A stretch of 20,000 nt of DNA from an uncultured virus (IMG/VR IMGVR_UViG_3300031851_000008) (Duplodnaviria > Heunggongvirae > Uroviricota > Caudoviricetes): the IMG/VR virus record IMGVR_UViG_3300031851_000008; one strand, given 5' to 3'. Below the pieces are notes generated by a model, which saw nothing but the letters and a program-made list of their open reading frames with translations, did no database searches and was not told where the DNA came from. The position numbers were made by a program, and so were the translations under genes. Shown piece by piece: positions 8,580 to 16,719 of the stretch. Within the stretch, counting starts at the first letter, position 1; each line of letters opens with the position of its first letter.

Positions 8580-10361
8580 GTGTCCCTCGTCAACATCTAC
8601 TTCGACACTGCCAAAGGTGCCACAGTTCCATCTTTTAATGTTGGAGAGACCCACTTTGCTTGGGAGCATCGGCATCGTGGAAGTGATTATGGTAAGGCAA
8701 AGCAGATTGCTGCCCAATTTGATTCCAAGTATATTCGCTGCCGTTGGTGGGAGAATGTTTCTACTCGTAATGACAGGGATGATCATCACGACGACATTAT
8801 TCATGATTGGTTGATTAAACAACCTGGTATCAAGAAGATTGGTAGAGAGACTTTTGAGTATGATCAGTCTCGATACAACTTGGATATTATCGGTGAGATG
8901 ATCCATGAACAATTCTTCGCAGGTAAGGAGAAGGTGTATGAGGAATTCAAACCGCGTCCATATCAGCAGAAGTTCCTTAGTAAGATTGCATGGTGTACTA
9001 GTAAAGAGTTCCTGCTGTTTGCTAAGTGCCGTGCAGGCAAGTCTGCAATGGTCCTGAAGCACATTGTTGATACTGACTATAAAGTATCCCTGGTTTGCTC
9101 TCGCCAGAAGTCTCCTGAGGGGTCCTGGAAAGACGATTCAAACAAATACTTCCCTTCAGTCAAGTACGTCTCTCTCAAAAAACCTGGTTGGGAGACACAT
9201 CTTGAATACTGGCGTCAACGTGATGTGAACGTTGTTCTCTGGGGTACGGTTCAGACTTGCTTGAAGCGTCTGGACAAGATCAAGAACGTTGACTTCGTTG
9301 CCTTTGACGAGGCACATATTGGAGGTACTGCTGATCAGTTTGTCAAACTGCGCGAAGAACTTGATACTCGGATCTGCTATATCTCTGGAACTGCCCACAA
9401 ACTTTGTTGGATGTTCCCCGATGATAATCAGAAGTTTGTCTATACCTATTTTGATGAGCAACTGGATGTCCAGAATGGGGTGTTCCAACGTCCTAAGATG
9501 AATGTTGCCTTTGCTAAGTATCAAACTTCTGCATATCAAGAGATCTTTGGTAACGATCCTGATGCGATGAAGAACATCTTCACCATGAAAGGAAATGAGT
9601 TCCTACATGAAGATCTGGTCAGAGAGTTTGCTCATAATTACTTTGGACCGCAACGTAATATCCGTATCGGTGATCGTTTGTTGAAGGGTACATATCACAT
9701 GATGGCACTGCCCAGCGTCAAGGCATGTTATGCATTCCAAAAGTTGGTTGAGTGTTACTATCCTGCATTGGTAGTTACCTCTGATGCTAAGAAAGATCAG
9801 GATGATATCAATCTATTCTTGGAGGAGCATTCCAAGGCACTCATCATCACTCAGTCTGCAAATGTTCTGGGTGTGACTGCTAAGAAGATTGATACGGTTA
9901 TCAATTGCCGTGGTGGAGAATCGATTGAGTTCTGGACACAGTTTGCATTCCGTGGTGGATCTGGTGAACATGATTGGTGGGTGATTGATTTTGATGCTCA
10001 GAGGTGCCTACGTGCTCTTCATACAGCGTTCCAACTTGCATGTGATAGCAATCCTTCACTCTCCCAATTCAGCGTTGTAGACTTCACCAACATCCATGAA
10101 TGGAACGATGGGTTCCAGGAACTGAGTAAGGAGGCATTTGAAGATGCTTTAGCAGCAGATGTTGAGAGCAGCATCTCTACTGTGACCAGCATTGTTGAGT
10201 CTCTTGATCTCAGTGGTCTGAGTGACTTCAACTTCAACCTGAAGTCTGCTCTTACGACAGTCTTGAAGGAGACGCAGTTAAATGACAATGGTGCTAACAA
10301 TCAAAGTTGTGTCGTGATGGAGACCGATCGCGTAAAAAAGTCGATGACCTTGACACGCTGA
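8580..10361 (+). CDS. SF2 DExH helicase/ATPase of restriction-enzyme type, with an N-terminal GIY-YIG/T5orf172-like domain (tentative); 0-frame product of a probable -1 frameshift gene
   Basis: Q-motif FKPRPYQ, Walker A AKCRAGKS, Walker B FDEAH, motif III SGT, motif VI variant QFAFRGG. N-terminal ~120 aa has IY...VGET...R...HD-x-x-x-H-x-x-L...E-x-F, resembling the nuclease domains of such R proteins. Confidence 0.8.
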   Translation: MSLVNIYFDTAKGATVPSFNVGETHFAWEHRHRGSDYGKAKQIAAQFDSKYIRCRWWENVSTRNDRDDHHDDIIHDWLIKQPGIKKIGRETFEYDQSRYNLDIIGEMIHEQFFAGKEKVYEEFKPRPYQQKFLSKIAWCTSKEFLLFAKCRAGKSAMVLKHIVDTDYKVSLVCSRQKSPEGSWKDDSNKYFPSVKYVSLKKPGWETHLEYWRQRDVNVVLWGTVQTCLKRLDKIKNVDFVAFDEAHIGGTADQFVKLREELDTRICYISGTAHKLCWMFPDDNQKFVYTYFDEQLDVQNGVFQRPKMNVAFAKYQTSAYQEIFGNDPDAMKNIFTMKGNEFLHEDLVREFAHNYFGPQRNIRIGDRLLKGTYHMMALPSVKACYAFQKLVECYYPALVVTSDAKKDQDDINLFLEEHSKALIITQSANVLGVTAKKIDTVINCRGGESIEFWTQFAFRGGSGEHDWWVIDFDAQRCLRALHTAFQLACDSNPSLSQFSVVDFTNIHEWNDGFQELSKEAFEDALAADVESSISTVTSIVESLDLSGLSDFNFNLKSALTTVLKETQLNDNGANNQSCVVMETDRVKKSMTLTR

Positions 10362-10379
10362 AGAAGCAGACTGTCAAGG
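10319..10379 (+). other. Candidate programmed -1 ribosomal frameshift signal
   Basis: GGAG 10319-10322; A_AAA_AAG at 10334-10340, in phase with the upstream ORF (GTA AAA AAG); 7-nt spacer; stem CCTTGACA (10348-10355)/TGTCAAGG (10372-10379) with inner CTG/CAG; downstream ORF is in the -1 frame. Confidence 0.72.
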
Positions 10380-11713
10380 CACTTTTAGAATCTATCCCTC
10401 TGACCATGTTTTATATCATCCGTAGTGGTCGGAATGTATACTCCATCAACGATGTGATTGGTTCTGATGTTTATTCTTCTGTAAGTGGTGATAAAGAAGG
10501 AATCCTCTCTGAGGTTATCTCTAAAAATCCTCGCAGTGTAGAACTTCTGACCCGTCGCATCGGTTTGGTCTCCAACAGCATTCAGAAGAGTATGAGGCAA
10601 TCGGTCTCTGAGACTATTAACGGTCTATCTGTCTCATCTGCTATTCAGCAATCGATCCCCACTTCTCTCCTTGATACAATGATCAATGACTGTCAAGATA
10701 TGAGCAACACATACATGTTTGGAGATCCTAGTGGATCACACTCTGCTCGCCTTCTAGAACGAGGAATCAATCCCGACAGTCTCACTGTGTGGGAGAGTTG
10801 CGATAGTCACCGTAATCGTGTAGGATATATTGACAAGCAGATCAAAATCGTTGCTACCCACCCAGACATGAAGTTCACTGCCATTCTTGCTAATCCTCCA
10901 TACAACGATCCGACCAAGAAGGCAAGGAACAATAAGTTGTGGACAAAGATTGTAGAGCAACATCTTGAGTTGCTTGCTCCTGGTGGTGATATGTGTGAGG
11001 TTACTCCTGCATCAGTGTTGGGTAACACTGGCAAGGGTAAGAAGTTCATGCAGTTGTTCTCTACTATCTACAATCTTAAACTGATTGATTACACTGCTGA
11101 TGATTACTTTACAGAAGGTGTGGACATTTGTCGTTGGCATCTAGTGAATGAACCATATCAGGGTAAGACTACTGTGATTACTCATGATGGAATCTTTATC
11201 TGGGATCTCCGTGATGGTCTACCTGTTTTTGGTGATGCTGCTCTTAAGTATTCTATTTTAGAGAAGATTGCTAACTCCAACCATCCTCGTATTCCTTTAA
11301 AGATGGGTCAGGTAATTGCTAATGATGATTACACTCCTGATGGTAAGTATGAGATTTATAAATCTGCAGATAAGATTGGTAGAACTGATGTTCTTCCCAA
11401 TACTACTGATGTACTAAAATTTATTGTACCATTCTCATCAACATATAAGAAGAGGTTTATCTCTAATGGATATGTGGGTATGCTTAACGCTTGGTGTCCT
11501 ATTACTTCGGAAGAGGAAGGGACGCGCCTTAGCAAAATCTTTGATAATTCGATTATCAAGTTTTTTGTGGACAATTATAAAAAGACTGCAGGATTTACTC
11601 CTGCTATTAAGAATGCGGAAGTACCTGACATCACAGTCTACAAGGATCTACCTCAGCAATTTGGTTTTACATCCGAAGAACTGAATTACTTGGAGAGATC
11701 TAATGTCATCTAA
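10340..11713 (+). CDS. Eco57I-like N6-adenine methyltransferase catalytic/target-recognition region; probably the C-terminal part of a ~1044-aa frameshift fusion with 8580-10340
   Basis: KFTAILANPPY (motif IV, 10892-10903), LW-x-x-IV, LL-x-x-GG-x-x-x-x-VTP, F-x-x-x-V motif VIII-like, then a TRD-like tail. Motif I is degenerate (FGDPSGS). Track start TTG 10307 and first ATG 10406 lack an evident SD. Confidence 0.75.
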   Translation, partial: VDDLDTLKKQTVKALLESIPLTMFYIIRSGRNVYSINDVIGSDVYSSVSGDKEGILSEVISKNPRSVELLTRRIGLVSNSIQKSMRQSVSETINGLSVSSAIQQSIPTSLLDTMINDCQDMSNTYMFGDPSGSHSARLLERGINPDSLTVWESCDSHRNRVGYIDKQIKIVATHPDMKFTAILANPPYNDPTKKARNNKLWTKIVEQHLELLAPGGDMCEVTPASVLGNTGKGKKFMQLFSTIYNLKLIDYTADDYFTEGVDICRWHLVNEPYQGKTTVITHDGIFIWDLRDGLPVFGDAALKYSILEKIANSNHPRIPLKMGQVIANDDYTPDGKYEIYKSADKIGRTDVLPNTTDVLKFIVPFSSTYKKRFISNGYVGMLNAWCPITSEEEGTRLSKIFDNSIIKFFVDNYKKTAGFTPAIKNAEVPDITVYKDLPQQFGFTSEELNYLERSNVI

Positions 11714-12119
11714 GAACCGTCACAATCAGCAGCATGGGTCCACCATTGAACGCTCTGATGAGAGGATTAAGCAAACACAGGAGGTCTTCACTCCCATTGC
11801 TCTAATTGAACAGATGATTCATGAGATACCTGCATCACAACTGAAGGATCCTGACTCTAAGTTCATGGATAATTGTGCTGGCAGTGGTAACTTCATTGTT
11901 TGTTTATGTGAGGCACTGCAGGAATATCACAGCAAAGATCACATCATCAACAATATGCTGTATGCTGTGGAGTTGATGGAAGACAATCACAAAGAGATGT
12001 GTAGGAGACTTGACATCCCTGCAGATCACCCACATTTTGTCTGTGCAGATGCACTTCAGTATCATTACAGATTTGATGGAACTACAGGACCCGTCACGGT
12101 AGACCAATTCCTGGTATAA
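11703..12119 (+). CDS. Small adenine-methyltransferase-like protein carrying only SAM-binding motifs X, I, II, III
   Basis: QEVFTP (motif X), FMDNCAGSGNF (motif I), LYAVEL (motif II), CADAL (motif III); ends with no NPPY/DPPY. GGAG SD at 11692-11695; overlaps upstream gene by 11 nt. Confidence 0.8.
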   Translation: MSSKNRHNQQHGSTIERSDERIKQTQEVFTPIALIEQMIHEIPASQLKDPDSKFMDNCAGSGNFIVCLCEALQEYHSKDHIINNMLYAVELMEDNHKEMCRRLDIPADHPHFVCADALQYHYRFDGTTGPVTVDQFLV

Positions 12120-12120
12120 T
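12112..12120 (+). promoter_or_regulatory. Extended -10 promoter candidate TGGTATAAT
   Basis: TG-n-TATAAT 12 nt upstream of ATG 12133; no recognisable -35. Confidence 0.45.
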
Positions 12121-12132
12121 ATTCGTATTCAC

Positions 12133-13380
12133 ATGAGTTCAATGCAACTTCGTCCCCACCAGGCAGAAGCACTTGATGTTATGGATCAGAAGTCCAAAGG
12201 CATCGTGGTGGTTCCGACTGGTGGAGGTAAGACCTTTATCGCAATTGCCGATGCAATGCGTGAGATGGATAAGATGGAGGGATGCAAGACCATTGTTGTG
12301 GTTGCTCCTCGCCTCCTGCTTGCTCGTCAACTATCTGATGAGTTTACTCAGCATATTAAGAATGCTGCTGTCCTTCATGTTCACTCTGGTGGTAATGATC
12401 TTCCATACAATTGCACCACCGATCCCAGCATGATTTACAAGTGGGATTATCATACTACTTGTCATAAGCTAATTTTTACTACATATCATTCGCTTCATCG
12501 CATACAAGAATCTAAAATAGTTGTAGATTGCATTTATTTTGATGAGGCGCATAATTCGGTCAAAAAGAATTTCTTTGGTGCTGCCAGGTATTTCACTTCT
12601 GCTGCTCGTCGCTGCTACTTCTTTACTGCTACTCCTAAGTATTCTGCCACTCTTAAAAAACATGGTATGAATGACAGCGTGTATGGTGGCATTATATACA
12701 ATGTTCCAGCACCACGATTGATTAAGAACGGGTCTATTCTCCCCCCTAAGATCAACGCTATCCCTATCGCTGCTATTCGTGAGAAGAGTGTTGAGGAAGC
12801 AGCTCAACGTGACTGCATGACTCTTTTGAGGACTCTTCGTAATGAAGATCATATGCAGAAGGTTCTAATCGCTGCTCCTAACACTACTGTGTTAGGTAAC
12901 ATGATCATCAAAACTACCTTCCTTCAAGAGGTAAGGCAGATGGGGTATGATATATTGTGGATAACTAGTAGGCAGGGTGCATTTCACAACTATAACAAAA
13001 TTAGTCGTGAGAAGTTCTTCTCTCTTGTTCGTGAGTATGGTGATCAACCTGGTAAGAAGTTTATTGTTATTCATTACTCTATCTTGAGCGAAGGTATCTC
13101 TGTTCCTGGTCTCACATCATTAGTTCTGATGCGTCAGATGAATGTTATTGAGATGTGTCAGTCTGTCGGTCGCGTTCTTCGCTTACATCTTGATGATGTT
13201 AAGAGAATACAGCAAGGACAACTTACCCCAGGTAAACTGGAAGACTACAAAAAGTCCTTTGGTCTTGTTCATGTACCTGTTTACAGCAATGTGGGTATTT
13301 CTACAGTCAAGCGTCTGCAGGATGTAGTAAACACAGTGTTTGTAGAAGGTCAACCCGCTATCTCAACTATTAAACGATGA
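12133..13380 (+). CDS. SF2 DEAH-box helicase (ResIII-like), stand-alone
   Basis: LRPHQ, VPTGGGKT, VVAP, FTTYHS, FDEAH, TAT, ILSEGISVPGL, QSVGRVLR: full set of motifs Q and I-VI. Confidence 0.9.
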   Translation: MSSMQLRPHQAEALDVMDQKSKGIVVVPTGGGKTFIAIADAMREMDKMEGCKTIVVVAPRLLLARQLSDEFTQHIKNAAVLHVHSGGNDLPYNCTTDPSMIYKWDYHTTCHKLIFTTYHSLHRIQESKIVVDCIYFDEAHNSVKKNFFGAARYFTSAARRCYFFTATPKYSATLKKHGMNDSVYGGIIYNVPAPRLIKNGSILPPKINAIPIAAIREKSVEEAAQRDCMTLLRTLRNEDHMQKVLIAAPNTTVLGNMIIKTTFLQEVRQMGYDILWITSRQGAFHNYNKISREKFFSLVREYGDQPGKKFIVIHYSILSEGISVPGLTSLVLMRQMNVIEMCQSVGRVLRLHLDDVKRIQQGQLTPGKLEDYKKSFGLVHVPVYSNVGISTVKRLQDVVNTVFVEGQPAISTIKR

Positions 13381-13811
13381 CATACACAGTAGAACGATCC
13401 GCATATTCCTTTGTGAAGGGAATCCGATGGGATCATGTTGATAGACAAAAGGAAATAGAAGAAGCGGCAGGAACTTATGAAGATAGGGGAGACACAAGTT
13501 TACTTGTAAATTGTGGGTACTCTGAACCAGGTCTTCTACAAAACATTCTCATTCAAATGAAGAGAATTGGTTATGGCATGTTCCACATGTATTACAGTAG
13601 AGTAAATGATGGAGAGACTGGTGGATGGCATGAAGATGAGATGGATGTCTTGATTGTTGCATCAATGGGTAGAGTTAAGTATTTGTTTGATATTGATGGT
13701 ACAATAGAAGAGGTTATTCTTTTACCAGGGGATGCCCTTTATATTGATAAAGGAACTCCTCATAGTGCGGTTCATCTTGAACCTAGAATCACTTGTAGTT
13801 TTTGTGAATAG
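13377..13811 (+). CDS. Cupin/JmjC-like 2OG-Fe(II) oxygenase
   Basis: WHED-x-x-DV-x-I...G-x-x-x-Y...LLPGDALYI-x-x-G-x-x-H...R-x-x-x-SF; ATGA overlap with upstream gene. Confidence 0.75.
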   Translation: MTYTVERSAYSFVKGIRWDHVDRQKEIEEAAGTYEDRGDTSLLVNCGYSEPGLLQNILIQMKRIGYGMFHMYYSRVNDGETGGWHEDEMDVLIVASMGRVKYLFDIDGTIEEVILLPGDALYIDKGTPHSAVHLEPRITCSFCE

Positions 13812-13812
13812 C

Positions 13813-14034
13813 ATGGAAAAAGAATTGAGGGAAGTTTACAACTTCTACAAAAACACTAAAGATGGATTTGTAACTAAAGATGGTTATGCTGCTATTCCAC
13901 TTACAGGTCGCAAATCTTTAGTTATCTGCTATAATGGACAGATACTGAAGACGTGTCAGAATGAAAAGTCTGCACGTAACTTTATTAAAAAACATAGCAC
14001 ACAATCAAGAAAGGGTACTGTTTTTGTAAAATGA
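13813..14034 (+). CDS. Small basic hypothetical protein (73 aa)
   Basis: Likely start ATG 13813, just after TAG 13811 (track start 13732 overlaps the upstream gene); GF-x-TKDGYAA-x-P...YNG...SA-x-x-FI pattern recalled from cyanophage hypotheticals. Confidence 0.7.
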   Translation: MEKELREVYNFYKNTKDGFVTKDGYAAIPLTGRKSLVICYNGQILKTCQNEKSARNFIKKHSTQSRKGTVFVK

Positions 14035-14222
14035 AATCAAAATTTATCTACATTACGCCCATTAGTCCGAATGCCCGTATCTTTTTTGAAATGGACATGA
14101 ATCATCTTCATGCTTGTAGAATCCAGGGTGAAGACACTAATGAATATCATGTCGAATCTATCACTAAACATAAGTTTAGTGTTAATAAACATAATGATTT
14201 TAATTGGAGGGTTGAAAAATGA
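14031..14222 (+). CDS. Small hypothetical protein (63 aa)
   Basis: ATGA overlaps at both ends; co-oriented in the gene run. Confidence 0.7.
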   Translation: MKSKFIYITPISPNARIFFEMDMNHLHACRIQGEDTNEYHVESITKHKFSVNKHNDFNWRVEK

Positions 14223-14440
14223 TGAATGCCGATCCACATCCTGATACTTTGGTAAGTATCACTTGTGATAAGGAAGGTCTAAAGACTATGATTCAGGCAG
14301 CGATTGCCGCAATCAGAAGCACTGATCAGTGGAATTATGGCGATGAGTATGACATTGATGTCACACCATATCATGATATGAGAGACTCTCTAATTGAGAA
14401 GTATAAATCAGTATACGGAGATGAAGAATTTCTTGTGTAA
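14219..14440 (+). CDS. Small acidic hypothetical protein (73 aa)
   Basis: ATGA overlap upstream, GGAGG SD about 9 nt before the start, TAATG overlap downstream. Confidence 0.7.
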   Translation: MMNADPHPDTLVSITCDKEGLKTMIQAAIAAIRSTDQWNYGDEYDIDVTPYHDMRDSLIEKYKSVYGDEEFLV

Positions 14441-14940
14441 TGGTAGAAGAGTTTTTTACAACTGATGATCTTGTTGAATATATGACCTTACTTTTAAAGG
14501 TCTCTTTAGTAAGACCAGAAATATGTAAGGACTACAAAAACAGTTCTTTAAGTGAATCATGTTTTGCCACATTAAATCTTCTTGATTTTTATCGCAGTGA
14601 TAAGTTTTATAACTATATTGGCAAACTTAAAGAAAATGTTGAATTGTCTGTTGAATGTAAGTTGGAATATTATTACTTACATATGGTAGACTATTCTAAT
14701 GGTGGGATTATGACTCCACATAAACATGATCATAACGAAGATTTTAGTTTTATTCTTTATTTGAATGACTGTAATGATGGACACACTATCTTAAAGTTAT
14801 CTGAACCTTGTAGGGTAAAACCAGACAAAGGTAAAGTGTTATTATTTTCTTCTGATATTATTCATGAATCAGAATATTCGCGATCAAAAAAAGTTTTGGT
14901 TGGTGGGTTAAAACGCATAAAGGAGCAGCATGGACAGTAA
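14440..14940 (+). CDS. 2OG-Fe(II) oxygenase-like protein (HxH motif)
   Basis: PHKHDHNEDFSFILYLN...G-x-T...P-x-KG-x-x-x-x-F-x-S-x-x-x-H: double-stranded beta-helix pattern. Confidence 0.75.
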   Translation: MVEEFFTTDDLVEYMTLLLKVSLVRPEICKDYKNSSLSESCFATLNLLDFYRSDKFYNYIGKLKENVELSVECKLEYYYLHMVDYSNGGIMTPHKHDHNEDFSFILYLNDCNDGHTILKLSEPCRVKPDKGKVLLFSSDIIHESEYSRSKKVLVGGLKRIKEQHGQ

Positions 14941-15115
14941 ACATCAAAAACGTAAGGATGCCTTTTTTATTTTTTATGAGAGTGTATTGAAACCAGACCA
15001 TGAACTACGCCAAAATGCACATGATCAGCATTGTTATCATGAATTGTTAGAATGGAGATCCGAAATTATCGAATACCTTGATCATCGTCGTAATGAAGAA
15101 TTTTATTCCAAATAA
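14930..15115 (+). CDS. Small conserved cyanophage-type hypothetical protein (61 aa)
   Basis: AAGGAG SD upstream of ATG 14930; FYESVLKPDHELRQ-x-AH...HEL-x-EWR pattern recalled from cyanophages. Confidence 0.75.
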   Translation: MDSKHQKRKDAFFIFYESVLKPDHELRQNAHDQHCYHELLEWRSEIIEYLDHRRNEEFYSK

Positions 15116-15692
15116 ACACGCTCATCCTGAAGAGGGATACGTTCCCTATGATACCAAACACTTCATCAAGGATTGGGTCATACCATTTTTGCATCTATCC
15201 ATAACCAATTGGGAATTAAAGAGAGAGAAACTGTTAGATGTTTTTGAACAACACTGTGAGGATAGGATAGAAAATATTGGTGAACAATGGACTGATTACC
15301 ATAAAGATTCACGATATCATTATTTGATTGAAAATATCTTATTTGAAGATATAGATCTAGCAATAAAGGAATTGGGGTTTAAAGGTAAAACGCCTAGAGT
15401 TGATACTGCATGGTATCAGATTTATAACGTAGGTCAGCATCATGCGGTTCATAATCATGGATTTGGTGGTATAAGTTTTGTTGTTTTTGTGGATTATGAT
15501 TCAAAAAAACATTTACCTACAACTTTTGTAGCACCATTCACTAGTATGTCGGATGGAAATGTTCTTGAGTATGAACCAGAGGGGGTAAAAGAAGGATCAA
15601 TGATTTTATTTCCTTCTGCTCTTATGCATTATGCTCCAACAAATCAAAACGAAGAGGACAGAATAGTCCTTGCAGGTAATATTAGATTATGA
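15093..15692 (+). CDS. Putative 2OG-Fe(II) oxygenase (TIGR02466/2OG-FeII_Oxy_5-like, HxH)
   Basis: W-x-Q-x-Y...H-x-x-HNHG...S-x-V...EGSMILFPS-x-L-x-H...N...RIVLAGN; start uncertain (TTG 15078 or ATG 15093). Confidence 0.8.
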   Translation: MKNFIPNKHAHPEEGYVPYDTKHFIKDWVIPFLHLSITNWELKREKLLDVFEQHCEDRIENIGEQWTDYHKDSRYHYLIENILFEDIDLAIKELGFKGKTPRVDTAWYQIYNVGQHHAVHNHGFGGISFVVFVDYDSKKHLPTTFVAPFTSMSDGNVLEYEPEGVKEGSMILFPSALMHYAPTNQNEEDRIVLAGNIRL

Positions 15693-16462
15693 ATCTTAGT
15701 AAACAACAAGAAGATTATATTCAAAGACTTGCAGATCGTCTTGGGGTTGATCCAGAAACCCGTCTTGATGAGATAATTAGTGATGAATACATGAGGACAT
15801 TCCGACCAGCAGAGACTGGAACAGAATGTCCGACTGTAGATCATATTGAGGATGATTATTATAAGGATAAAAGAGATTATGAAACGTTCTCTTTTATGGG
15901 GAATACAATTTACAGAGCTTACAATATATTCACACCTCATGTTCTAAATGAATTGGAAGAGGAGATTGATGATGAACTTAGATCTCCAAATAAATGGGAT
16001 AGAAGTGTTGAGGTAACTAAAGGACTATCTGCCAGAAAATTGAAGTACAGGATTAGTTGGTTTATATTTTTTAGTGAAATAAAAAAACATCTTTACAGAT
16101 ATGCAAAGTTGACAAATAATAAAAAGATTCTTGATTATAAGATTGCATCTTACTGGGCAAAAAGGATGAAGGGAAATACTGAAGAAGATTATGATCAAGA
16201 ATTGTATATAAATTATAGGAACACCCATAAGCATGATGACTTTGACCTTGGAATGATTTTTTATCTCAATAATCCTTCCAGGATATATGGTACTCTTATT
16301 GAGAATGATAATAAAGAGATTATTCTACCTGGAGATACTAATTCCTTGTTGATACATCATTCTGATATTAATCATTCTCCTGTTATGCCACAACCAATTG
16401 TTGCTAACAAGGCACATAGATGTGTGATTGTAATCGATTTTAAACATGAGTCTAAATTATGA
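15689..16462 (+). CDS. Divergent 2OG-Fe(II) oxygenase-like protein with N-terminal extension
   Basis: THKHDDFDLGMIFYLNNP...GT...H-S-P...R-x-V-x-x-x-DF; ATGA overlaps. Confidence 0.6.
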   Translation: MNLSKQQEDYIQRLADRLGVDPETRLDEIISDEYMRTFRPAETGTECPTVDHIEDDYYKDKRDYETFSFMGNTIYRAYNIFTPHVLNELEEEIDDELRSPNKWDRSVEVTKGLSARKLKYRISWFIFFSEIKKHLYRYAKLTNNKKILDYKIASYWAKRMKGNTEEDYDQELYINYRNTHKHDDFDLGMIFYLNNPSRIYGTLIENDNKEIILPGDTNSLLIHHSDINHSPVMPQPIVANKAHRCVIVIDFKHESKL

Positions 16463-16692
16463 ACTCCAGCGAACGTATTAAATACTTTAGTATAGTAAAC
16501 AAAATCAACAGGGGTGAGTTTGATAAACTTACAGAGGATGAGATGCTGCTCTTACAGAGAGAACCTTTATTCTTGACGACTATGAAAAAATCTAGAGAAA
16601 AGAAGGATTTACTTCGTAAAAGCAATCAACATCATGGTACTATAGAAGAAATACTATTTGAACTTGACTTGTCAAAGACCCTGTATAAGTGA
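16459..16692 (+). CDS. Hypothetical protein (77 aa)
   Basis: ATGA overlap with upstream gene; co-oriented. Confidence 0.6.
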   Translation: MNSSERIKYFSIVNKINRGEFDKLTEDEMLLLQREPLFLTTMKKSREKKDLLRKSNQHHGTIEEILFELDLSKTLYK

Positions 16693-16698
16693 TAAAAT
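16669..16698 (+). promoter_or_regulatory. Sigma70-type promoter candidate upstream of the HNH gene
   Basis: TTGTCA (16669-16674), 18-nt spacer, TAAAAT (16693-16698) with TG-n extension. Confidence 0.4.
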
Positions 16699-16719
16699 GT
16701 ACTTAAATCAGTAACTTGT

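Noticed and set aside
8527..8814. 95-aa + strand ORF starting in the terminator
   Set aside because: Its TTG start lies inside the hairpin and it overlaps the helicase gene out of frame; no motifs.
10350..10355. Perfect TTGACA as -35 of an internal promoter for the MTase ORF
   Set aside because: No -10 hexamer at 16-18 nt spacing; better explained as the 5' arm of the frameshift stem.
8580..11713. Pseudogene call for the broken helicase-MTase
   Set aside because: Both parts are long and otherwise intact, and the break coincides with a phased heptamer, SD and stem. A homopolymer error remains possible and is listed as a refutation test.
13732..13812. Track's longer N-terminus for the 13732-14034 ORF
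   Set aside because: Overlaps the cupin gene by 80 nt; ATG 13813 directly after the upstream stop is more plausible.
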